Shown piece after piece: positions 38,663-46,668 of a DNA stretch of 64,000 nt. The position numbers and the translations under genes are program-made. The notes below the pieces were generated by a model that did no database searches, was not told the DNA's origin, and was given only the letters and a program-made list of their open reading frames with translations. The DNA comes from Thermoanaerobaculia bacterium (GTDB lineage Bacteria; Acidobacteriota; Thermoanaerobaculia; Multivoradales; Multivoraceae): the NCBI GenBank assembly GCA_963664405.1, contig OY761158.1, forward strand, positions 6,716,314-6,780,313, written 5' to 3'. Position 1 is the stretch's first letter; each line of letters opens with the position of its first letter.

Positions 38663-39388
38663 TTAGGTGAAGTTGCGCTCTGCCAGGTTTACGAACTCCA
38701 TCACGAAATCCTCCATCTCGACTCTCATCAGGCGCACTCGTGTGGAGAGAGTGTTGTAGCCGATAAGGGCCGGGATGGCTGCCGCAAGCCCTGCCGCGGT
38801 GTTGATCAGAGCTCCGGCGATTCCGGGAGCCACGGCGGTGATCGACGTCGAGCCGGTGATCCCGATGTCGTTGAAAGCCTGCATGATCCCCCATACTGTA
38901 CCGAAGAGGCCGATGAACGGGGTCGCCGCGGCGGTGGTCGCCAAGAACTGGGTGTGGCGGGTCAGCACTCCCAGCTCTACGCCCAACGAACGGCGAAGGG
39001 TGCGCTCGATGCCTCCCATCGAACGAATGCGGTAGCGGTCCTGCTCCTCGGCCGATTTCTGCTGCATCGACTTGACCTGGGCGTCGATCTCGACGTAACC
39101 GGCCTGAAAGAGACCGACCAAGGGTGAGGCGGTGTGGTCTCGTGCAGCGCTGTTGACCTCGCTGAAACGCTTGCTGTTGCGAAAGATCTCCAGGAAGCCT
39201 TCGCTCTGCCCAGCCGCCTTACGGAGCTGAAGCGATTTGGAGATGATGATCGCCCAGGAGCCCAGCGAGAAAAACACCAGAAGGGCCAGGACGAACTTGT
39301 CGACAGGGCCGGCGTCGAGGAAAAGCTCCCACATTCCGGAACCTTCGGCCTGGCCGACGATGGTGACGAGGGGAAGCTGAAAATGCAC
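38663..39388 (-). CDS. tolQ: TolQ/ExbB proton channel
   Basis: SWAII, PFIGLFGTVWGIM, VAPGIA.AL.TAAGL.AAIPA. Confidence 0.94.
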   Translation of the reverse strand: MHFQLPLVTIVGQAEGSGMWELFLDAGPVDKFVLALLVFFSLGSWAIIISKSLQLRKAAGQSEGFLEIFRNSKRFSEVNSAARDHTASPLVGLFQAGYVEIDAQVKSMQQKSAEEQDRYRIRSMGGIERTLRRSLGVELGVLTRHTQFLATTAAATPFIGLFGTVWGIMQAFNDIGITGSTSITAVAPGIAGALINTAAGLAAAIPALIGYNTLSTRVRLMRVEMEDFVMEFVNLAERNFT

Positions 39389-39549
39389 GAAACCCTCCGG
39401 CGAGAGAAGCTAGCACGTCACCCTGCCAGTGTCCATGCGCCGGCGCTGACGAAGTGCTTTTGAATACCTTCGACAAGGAGGCTACACTCTGCTGTCCCTG
39501 CCGGTAGCGCAGGAGAGGGCTCGACACAGAGGGTCGCGAGGAGGTACGG

Positions 39550-40347
39550 ATGAAGACCGCTGTTTGCATGAAGCAGGTGCCGGATACAGAGGCGCGCCTC
39601 CGCCTCAATAAGGCGGGAACCTGGATCGAGGAAGAGGACCTGCCCTTCGTTATCAACGAGAGCGACGAGTGCGCCCTCGAGGAGGCACTGAACATCCGCG
39701 AGCAGCGCGGAGGGGAGGTGACGGTCTACAGCCTCGGACCGCCGCGGGTCCGCGAGTCGCTGCGCAAGGCCCTCGCGCTCGGGGCCGATCGGGCCGTTCA
39801 CCTCGACGATGAGGCCTTTGCTGGCGGCGATGCGGTGGCAAACGCGCGGGCGCTGGCGGCGGCTATCTCGAAGCAGCCGGTCGACCTCATCCTAACCGGC
39901 TCGCAGTCGGATGATCTCGGCTGGGGGGTGACGGCGTCGCTGCTCGCCGCCAACCTCGATTTCCCCCACGCCTGGCTGGTCATGGGAGTCGAGATCGATG
40001 AGGCCGGCGAGAAGGTGGGCATCGTCAGAGAGATGGAGGCCGGCAAGAACGAGCTCTTCAATCTTTCTCTGCCGGCGGTGATCGAGGTCCAGGCCGGGCT
40101 CAATCATCCCCGCTACGCCTCTCTCAAGGGAATCATGCAGGCGAAGCGCAAGGAGATCATGGCGCTCTCAGCGGCAGACCTCGATCTCGAAGCGGATCAG
40201 GTCGGGGCTCGGGGCTCCAGGGTCGAGATCGTTTCGGTCACCTTTCCCCGGACCGGCGAGGGCGCCACTATGATCGAGGGCGACCCGTCCACGGCAGCAG
40301 AGCAGCTGGTTCACCACCTCCAGAACGATGCGAGGGTGCTGTCATGA
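39550..40347 (+). CDS. etfB: Electron transfer flavoprotein beta subunit (copy 2)
   Basis: VCMKQVPD, ALEEAL, ALALGAD, GSQSDD, PRYASLKGIMQAK. Confidence 0.95.
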   Translation: MKTAVCMKQVPDTEARLRLNKAGTWIEEEDLPFVINESDECALEEALNIREQRGGEVTVYSLGPPRVRESLRKALALGADRAVHLDDEAFAGGDAVANARALAAAISKQPVDLILTGSQSDDLGWGVTASLLAANLDFPHAWLVMGVEIDEAGEKVGIVREMEAGKNELFNLSLPAVIEVQAGLNHPRYASLKGIMQAKRKEIMALSAADLDLEADQVGARGSRVEIVSVTFPRTGEGATMIEGDPSTAAEQLVHHLQNDARVLS

Positions 40348-41330
40348 GCGGCACGGTCTGGATCGCGGCCCAGCTGAGAGATGGCGGCCTACACCCGGCC
40401 AGCCTCGAGGCTGTTGCTGCGGGGCGGCAACTGGCGGAGGCCTTGGGGGTCGACGTGGAAGCGATCGTTGTCGGCGATGGAGTCGGTGTCGCCGCATCGC
40501 AGCTCGCCCGTTCGGGAGTTCGGCGGGTGTATGTGTCCGATCAGCCGAGTCTAGGGGACTACGTCCCGGGAACTCATGTTCAAGCACTGGTCGAGGCGGC
40601 CGAAGCGTACCGGCCATCCTATATCGTCTTCCCTCATACCTATCAGGCGGTGGATCACATGGCCCGTCTCGCCCATCGGCTCGATGGCGGGGTTCTCTCC
40701 GAGATCACTTCTTTCGCGTCGAGCGAAGAGGGGCTGCTGTTCAGTCGCCCGATTCTGGAGGGCAAGATGCAGGCGAAGACCCGTATCTGCGGCCTCGGCC
40801 CGATGGTCCTTTCGGTGCAGACCGGAGCCTTTCAGCCCGCCGAAGCAACCTCGGATGAGCCTGCCCCTATCGAGAGGCTCGAGGCGGCGAAGCTTCCGGC
40901 GCCCGAGCGCGAGCTTCTCGGTATCGAGGACGCCGGCGGCGAAAAGATCGATCTGACTGCCGCTGACCTGATCGTGTCGGTCGGTCGTGGCATCGGCGGT
41001 CCGGAGAAGATGGCGGTCATCGAAGAGTTGGCTGCCGCCCTGGGAGCAGAGATTGGCGCCAGCCGCCCCGTCATCGACAGTGGATGGCTGCCGCGGGATC
41101 GTCAGATCGGGTCGAGCGGTCAGACGGTGGCGCCCAAGCTCTACATCGCGATCGGCATCTCCGGAGCGATCCAGCATCTCGTCGGCATGAAGGGTGCGGC
41201 CTGCACGGTAGCGATCAACAAAGATGCGGGAGCCCCCATCTACAGCGTGGCCGACTACGGTATCGTCGGTGACCTCTTCGAGGTCGTACCGGCGTTGACC
41301 GCGGCGCTCAAAGAGGCCAGCTCCGATTGA
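40344..41330 (+). CDS. etfA: Electron transfer flavoprotein alpha subunit (copy 2)
   Basis: [38 protein letters not shown]. Confidence 0.95.
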   Translation: MSGTVWIAAQLRDGGLHPASLEAVAAGRQLAEALGVDVEAIVVGDGVGVAASQLARSGVRRVYVSDQPSLGDYVPGTHVQALVEAAEAYRPSYIVFPHTYQAVDHMARLAHRLDGGVLSEITSFASSEEGLLFSRPILEGKMQAKTRICGLGPMVLSVQTGAFQPAEATSDEPAPIERLEAAKLPAPERELLGIEDAGGEKIDLTAADLIVSVGRGIGGPEKMAVIEELAAALGAEIGASRPVIDSGWLPRDRQIGSSGQTVAPKLYIAIGISGAIQHLVGMKGAACTVAINKDAGAPIYSVADYGIVGDLFEVVPALTAALKEASSD

Positions 41331-41369
41331 ATCTGATCCCGTCAGGAACAGCCATGAGGGCATGAGAAT

Positions 41370-42509
41370 ATGACTGAGACGCGAACGCGCCTTTTTACCT
41401 CGGAGTCGGTCACGGAGGGTCATCCCGACAAAGTCGCGGACCAGATCTCCGACGCTATTCTCGACGAAGTCTTGACTCAGGACCCGATGGGGAGGGTGGC
41501 CTGCGAGACTTTGATCACTACCGGCATGACTCTGCTCGCGGGTGAGATCAGCAGCACTGCCAATGTCGATTCGGTCAAAGTGGTCCGCGACACCTTGCGC
41601 CGCATCGGCTACACCGATGCCGCCTCCGGGATCGACAGCGGAACCTCTGCGGTACTGACGGCGCTCGATCCGCAGTCGCCGGACATTGCGATGGGCGTGG
41701 ATACCGGCGGGGCCGGGGACCAGGGCATGATGTTCGGCTACGCCTGCAATGAAACTGAAGAGCTGATGCCTTTGCCGATCACCCTGGCGCACGCGCTTAC
41801 GGCGCGCCTCGCCGAGGTTCGCCGTGGCGGGGTGGAATGGCTTCGGCCCGATGGCAAGAGCCAGGTCACGATCGAGTACGAGGGCGTCATTCCTCGTCGT
41901 GTGCACACGGTGGTGGTCTCTACTCAGCACAGCCCGGACGTGACTCAGGAGGAGATCCGGGAGCTGGTGCTCGAGCAGGTGATCAAGCCGACGGTCCCAG
42001 AGTCGCTTCTGGACGAGGCCGCGATCGTGCACGTCAATCCGACCGGGCGTTTTGTGACCGGGGGACCTCACGGAGACTGCGGTCTCACCGGTCGAAAGAT
42101 CATTGTCGACACCTATGGCGGGATGGGCCGCCATGGCGGTGGCGCGTTCTCGGGCAAGGATCCGACCAAGGTCGACCGCTCTGCGAGCTACATGGCGCGC
42201 CACCTGGCAAAGAACCTGGTTGCCTCCGGCTTGGCCGACCGCGCGGAGATCCAGCTCGCCTACGCCATTGGAGTCGCCGAGCCGGTCTCGATCCATGTCG
42301 ACAGCTTCGGCACCGGCAAGGTGAGCGATTGGGAGATGGAATGCCTGCTCAAGGACTTCACGGCGCTCACTCCGCAGGGCATCATCGAACGTCTCGACCT
42401 GCGTCGACCGATCTACACCGCCACCGCTTCCTACGGGCACTTTGGCCGTCCAGGCTTCGCTTGGGAGGACACCTCCCGCGCGGCCGAGCTGGCGGCCCAC
42501 GCCTCCTAG
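41370..42509 (+). CDS. metK: S-adenosylmethionine synthetase
   Basis: [51 protein letters not shown]. Confidence 0.98.
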   Translation: MTETRTRLFTSESVTEGHPDKVADQISDAILDEVLTQDPMGRVACETLITTGMTLLAGEISSTANVDSVKVVRDTLRRIGYTDAASGIDSGTSAVLTALDPQSPDIAMGVDTGGAGDQGMMFGYACNETEELMPLPITLAHALTARLAEVRRGGVEWLRPDGKSQVTIEYEGVIPRRVHTVVVSTQHSPDVTQEEIRELVLEQVIKPTVPESLLDEAAIVHVNPTGRFVTGGPHGDCGLTGRKIIVDTYGGMGRHGGGAFSGKDPTKVDRSASYMARHLAKNLVASGLADRAEIQLAYAIGVAEPVSIHVDSFGTGKVSDWEMECLLKDFTALTPQGIIERLDLRRPIYTATASYGHFGRPGFAWEDTSRAAELAAHAS

Positions 42510-42534
42510 TGTTGTGTCTCCGACATGGCACTAG
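42506..42534. repeat. Collapsed 29 bp CTAG-bounded hairpin at the metK stop
   Basis: CTAGTGTTGTGTC-TCC-GACATGGCACTAG. Confidence 0.55.
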
Positions 42535-42616
42535 ACCAGCGTTTCCAAAGTCGCGCTACAATAGCTCGCGGTCATTCTGTTCGCTGGCAAGGCGCGCCGA
42601 CGTAGGCATATTGGGG
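42531..42616. repeat. Left half of palindromic element copy D
   Basis: CTAGACCAGCGTTTCCAAAGT..GCAAGGCGCGCCGACGTAGGCATATTGG. Confidence 0.9.
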
Positions 42617-42784
42617 AATGAACGAAACCGCTAACGCGGTGGAGACCGAGGCGTCCGGTCAGCCGTCGACGAGCCCTCGACTCTGCGGTCCTTTGGCTGC
42701 CGTTTGTCGCGCTACCGATAGGTTCTCCTGAAACCTCAGGTCCGTCCCATGTTGGGGCGACCGGTGCAGGAAAAGGAGAGCGTG

Positions 42785-43648
42785 ATGGGAGAGTTTCGCC
42801 AGCGTATGGAGGAGGACATGGAGATTCGCGGCTTCAGTCCTAATACTCAGCAGTGCTACCTCGGTCGGGTCAAGGAGTTTGTTCGTTACTACATGCGCCC
42901 ACCTAACGAGCTCGGCCTCGACGAGATCCATCGTTACCAACTTCATCTGACCCGTGAGCGCAAGGTCTCGTGGGCGGTGTTCAACCAGTCCGTGGGGGCT
43001 CTTCGTTTCTTTTACGGCGTCACCCTGCACAAGAGCTGGGACATCGGCCGGATTCCCTACCAGAAAACCCGAAGGAAACTCCCGGTGGTTTTGAGCCAGC
43101 AAGAGGTGGCAGCCATTCTAGATGCGCTGACGAATCTCAAACACCGAGCCATCCTGGCGACCGTCTACGCCGCTGGGCTACGGGTCTCGGAGGTCGTCGC
43201 CTTGCGAGTCTCCGACATCGATTCTCAGCGCATGATGCTACGCATCGAGCAGGGAAAGGGCCGCAAGGATCGCTACGTGATGCTCTCCGAGAGACTGCTC
43301 ACCGTTCTTCGTGAGTATTGGAAGACCACGCGGCCTCAGGACTGGCTCTTTCCTGGTCAGACTCCACCTCGACATCTGACTCGCAGCAGCGTCGAGCTGG
43401 TCTTCCATAAGGCAAGGGAGGCGGCAGGGATCACCAAGAAGGTGTCCGTGCACACTTTGCGACACAGCTTCGCGACCCACTTGCTCGAGAGCGGCGTCAA
43501 TCTCCGGAAGATCCAGATTCTGCTGGGCCACACGAGCCTGCGCTCGACACAGGTCTACACCCATGTTGCCAGCGATTTCCTCGACGAGACACCCTGTCCT
43601 CTGGATCTTCTCCCAGATCCCAAGAGCCGGTCGCACAGCACCGGCTGA
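42785..43648 (+). CDS. Tyrosine recombinase/integrase
   Basis: YAAGLRVSE, GKGRKDR, HTLRHSFATHLLE, IQILLGH, TQVYTH (R-K-H-R-H-Y set). Confidence 0.96.
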   Translation: MGEFRQRMEEDMEIRGFSPNTQQCYLGRVKEFVRYYMRPPNELGLDEIHRYQLHLTRERKVSWAVFNQSVGALRFFYGVTLHKSWDIGRIPYQKTRRKLPVVLSQQEVAAILDALTNLKHRAILATVYAAGLRVSEVVALRVSDIDSQRMMLRIEQGKGRKDRYVMLSERLLTVLREYWKTTRPQDWLFPGQTPPRHLTRSSVELVFHKAREAAGITKKVSVHTLRHSFATHLLESGVNLRKIQILLGHTSLRSTQVYTHVASDFLDETPCPLDLLPDPKSRSHSTG

Positions 43649-43651
43649 GCC

Positions 43652-44848
43652 GTGCACTGTCCAGCGAGCCGGCGCCGCGCCGGCCGCTCGAGTCTGGAGC
43701 TCGCCGACATCTTCCGAGAGCATGCCGGTCGGCTCCCCGCCTTGAGCGACCCGAGGGCGCGTGTGGTCCGAGACATTACCGCCTGCAGAACCGCTGCCCT
43801 CGGTGGACATCTGCACGAATGTGACACCTGCGGCCACGTGCTGGCTTCCTACAACAGCTGCCGCAACCGTCACTGCCCCAAGTGTCAGCACCTCGAGCAG
43901 GCGCGCTGGGTCGAGGCCCAGCGAGACGCGCTACTGCCCACCGAGTACCACCACGTCGTTTTCACGGTGCCCGACGTCCTGCACCCGATCTTTCTCGCCG
44001 ATCCCAAGCCGGCCTACAAGCTGCTCTTTGCCGCCGCGGCTGAGACTCTTCGCGAGGTCGCCTTGCGACCCAAGAACCTCGGAGCGAAGATTGGCTTCTC
44101 GGTCATCCTGCATACCTGGACGCAGAAGCTCCTCTATCACCCTCACCTTCATTGCATCGTGACCGGAGGAGGCCTCGACCCCGACGGCACCCGGTGGGTC
44201 GCGACGAAACCGCGTTTTCTCTTCTCGGTCCGAGTCCTCGCTACCGTCTTTCGGGGCAAGCTCCTACAAAAGCTCGAGCGGGCTCTTCGGGAGGGCGTGA
44301 TCCGCTCGGACGATCGCCCGCTGCTTCGCAAGGCGGCGCAGAAGAAATGGGTCGTCTACAGCAAGCCGCCCTTCGGCGGTCCAGAGCGCGTCCTGAAATA
44401 TCTCGGGCGATATACCCACTGCGTCGCTATCTCCAACAGCCGTCTGGTCTCACTCGAGAAAGGTCAGGTCACTTTCCGATGGAGAGACCGAGCCCACGGC
44501 AACCAAACCAAGCTCCTGCGTGTCGACGCAGGAGAATTCATCCGGCGCTTCCTCCTCCACGTCCTACCCAAGGGCTTCATGAGAATTCGACACTACGGAC
44601 TGCTCGCCAACCCGCTCAAACGCAAGCTCATTCCATTGTGCAGGCAGCTGCTAGGCGGCATGGCGGCGTACACCGATCAGACCACAGCCACGCCGCCGCT
44701 TGAAACCTGGCAACAGCTCCTCCAGCGACTGACCGGCGAAGACGTGACCCTGTGTCCGAAGTGCCGCAAGGGCCATCTCGTCATCACGCAAGACCTGCCC
44801 GCTTGCCTCTCCCCCTCGCCCGTTTTGAGCCGGGCAAGATCACCATGA
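43652..44848 (+). CDS. IS91-family rolling-circle transposase
   Basis: Zn domain CRTAALGG..C..C..SCRNRHCPKC, HVVFTVP, HTW, HUH motif HPHLH, Y2 motif YLGRY, RIRHYG. Confidence 0.96.
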   Translation: MHCPASRRRAGRSSLELADIFREHAGRLPALSDPRARVVRDITACRTAALGGHLHECDTCGHVLASYNSCRNRHCPKCQHLEQARWVEAQRDALLPTEYHHVVFTVPDVLHPIFLADPKPAYKLLFAAAAETLREVALRPKNLGAKIGFSVILHTWTQKLLYHPHLHCIVTGGGLDPDGTRWVATKPRFLFSVRVLATVFRGKLLQKLERALREGVIRSDDRPLLRKAAQKKWVVYSKPPFGGPERVLKYLGRYTHCVAISNSRLVSLEKGQVTFRWRDRAHGNQTKLLRVDAGEFIRRFLLHVLPKGFMRIRHYGLLANPLKRKLIPLCRQLLGGMAAYTDQTTATPPLETWQQLLQRLTGEDVTLCPKCRKGHLVITQDLPACLSPSPVLSRARSP

Positions 44849-45149
44849 ACCACCTGCCGCGTGAATCTGTGGCGTTCTTGCCGTCCAACCCTGGATGGCC
44901 TAGGACACCTCTGTCTCTGCCCCCGTTGGAGCTCTCGATGACCCTCTTCGGCGCTCTGGCAGCTGCTTCAACGGCCAGAGCCCGAGCCTCTTCCTCGACG
45001 AAACGGGTGTTGTCAAACCCTAATACCTCGACGACGGCTCCGCCCCAGTCCTCCTGATCACCAAACAATCCACATAGACCCTCGCTTCGATCCCGCGGCT
45101 TCGTTCAACACGCCGTTGACGGAATCGCTACGCGACTCCGCAAACAACC

Positions 45150-45236
45150 CTCTCCAATATGTCGAGGAGGCGCAACGCCGCCAGCGGGGCAGAACGGGCC
45201 GAGATATGTAGCGCTACTTTGGAAACGCTGGTCTAG
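45150..45236. repeat. Right half of palindromic element copy D
   Basis: CCAATATGTCGAGGAGGCGCAACGCCG..ACTTTGGAAACGCTGGTCTAG, reverse complement of the arm at 42531. Confidence 0.9.
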
Positions 45237-45265
45237 GCTTCCGAGGAGACGGGGGAGCGCGGGTT

Positions 45266-45712
45266 CTAGTGAGCGTCGGTCCAGCTCTTGCCGTACTTGA
45301 GAATGTCGTGCTTCAAGAGGTCGAAGCCGGTCTGGCGGTCTAGAGGGACTGCGTCTCGGTAGACAGTGGCGCATTTGTAGCAGACAACGGCGTCGACCAA
45401 TCTGCGGTAGACGAAGAAGTCGACCAACCCCATGGCTACCAGCGATAACCCGTAGGTCCACGGAACAAACACTGCGCCCAGAAGTACCAGGGCGCATCCC
45501 CAGGCTCGGTTGACGTCTCTTTGACGATAGAGATGACGGCACTCGCATAGAGGGCAGGTTTCGACTCGCGGCGGCTCGGGCTCCTCGCTCCACCCCTCTT
45601 TAGCCACCTCTCGAGTAGCCTGGCACCCCGGACAGGTAACGGGGGCGCAGCCGGGATGGATCTCGGCTGGAAAGGGAAGGCCGCAATCGGGGCACTGCGT
45701 TCGAACACGCAT
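45266..45712 (-). CDS. Hypothetical membrane protein with four CxxC motifs
   Basis: CPDC, CPGC, CPLC, CYKC around two TM helices. Confidence 0.7.
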   Translation of the reverse strand: MRVRTQCPDCGLPFPAEIHPGCAPVTCPGCQATREVAKEGWSEEPEPPRVETCPLCECRHLYRQRDVNRAWGCALVLLGAVFVPWTYGLSLVAMGLVDFFVYRRLVDAVVCYKCATVYRDAVPLDRQTGFDLLKHDILKYGKSWTDAH

Positions 45713-45724
45713 AGGCCGGTCGAG

Positions 45725-46540
45725 TTACGAGGGAACGCCGGTGGTCAGCGCTAGATAGTAGGCGGTGATCTCGCCGATGAAGGTGCCGACGACGAGGACG
45801 TAGAGGATGCCGGTCGCCGATTGGTTGGAGCGTTGCCTGGCACAGTGCAGAGACATCGCCGCCAGAGCGAGGGGAATCGCCAAACCCCAGAGAAGGCGAA
45901 ACCAGAAAAACATTCCCTGAGCTTCGAGCCCGATCAGGATGCGCAGCGGGTGAGGCTCGGAAAGCGGATCGACGCCGGCGGCAACTCCGAGGGTGACAGC
46001 GAGAACGACAACTCGGACGACCACGACGCCGAGCAGGACCCAGCAGAAGATTATGAGGTGGCGGAAGGTGAGACCGGGGGCGACGAGATACCAGTGGCCC
46101 AGAAGCATGGCGATCAGGGACCAGCCCAAGAGTAGGGCTGACGACGCCAGACTGAGTGCGGTGAAGATCTCTCGGTGCGGCAGAGGGGTGGACAGGTTGA
46201 TGAGATTCGGTCCGGCCATGAGCAGGGCGGCGGTGCAAGCGGCAAAAGCGACTGCCAGAGGCCAGCGCCCGAACTTCCAGCGCTCTTTCCATACTGCGCC
46301 GTAGTAAACGAAGGAAGCGACGTAGCCGACGGCAAGGAGGGCCAGTCCCGCGACGGGCTCAGGCCCGAAGGGGGAAAAAGGGTAAAGGGCGACAACCGAC
46401 CACACCAGCGCGAGCAGGCCGAGAACGATGAGAGCGTTCATCTGGAAGTACCCCCGCCCGAGGTCGTCCTCCGGGATCCAGAACAACGTACTCAGAACTC
46501 CGACCACGGTGGCGAGCCCGAAGAAGAAGAAGACGCTCAT
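45725..46540 (-). CDS. Hypothetical polytopic membrane protein
   Basis: ~8 hydrophobic segments; AMLLGHWYL and SNQSATGILYV motifs. Confidence 0.75.
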   Translation of the reverse strand: MSVFFFFGLATVVGVLSTLFWIPEDDLGRGYFQMNALIVLGLLALVWSVVALYPFSPFGPEPVAGLALLAVGYVASFVYYGAVWKERWKFGRWPLAVAFAACTAALLMAGPNLINLSTPLPHREIFTALSLASSALLLGWSLIAMLLGHWYLVAPGLTFRHLIIFCWVLLGVVVVRVVVLAVTLGVAAGVDPLSEPHPLRILIGLEAQGMFFWFRLLWGLAIPLALAAMSLHCARQRSNQSATGILYVLVVGTFIGEITAYYLALTTGVPS

Positions 46541-46668
46541 GAGGGCGCGAGGATGTCACAATCCGTTGGTGCGTCGCACTCTGCAGCGGGGTAGGGGATC
46601 GAGCATCTTCCTTACTCTCGGCGCAGAGCCTCGCTCGGCTCCAGTCCCGCGCCTTTTTGACCCTTGCC

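Larger units (their letters stand above)
42617..45149 (+). mobile_element. Tyrosine recombinase + IS91-type (Y2 HUH) transposase element; exact ends uncertain
   Basis: Two-gene cassette between the two halves of copy D; oriIS-like CAATCCACATAG (~45066) and CGGCTTCGTTCAAC (45096-45109) after the transposase. Confidence 0.85.

Noticed and set aside
41330-41369. Second SahR operator or SAM riboswitch before metK
   Set aside because: Only 39 bp intergenic; ATCTG..CAGGA has the wrong spacing and symmetry, and no aptamer is visible
40551-42500. 649 aa minus-strand ORF
   Set aside because: Antisense shadow of etfA/metK, common in high-GC DNA; the same applies to most other overlapping ORFs in the track
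42785-43648. Integron integrase with a cassette array
   Set aside because: At 287 aa it appears to lack the IntI-specific insertion, is coupled to an IS91 transposase, and no cassette array follows
44845-45057. Third gene in the IS91-type element
   Set aside because: Short, low complexity, no motif; probably the non-coding oriIS-proximal region
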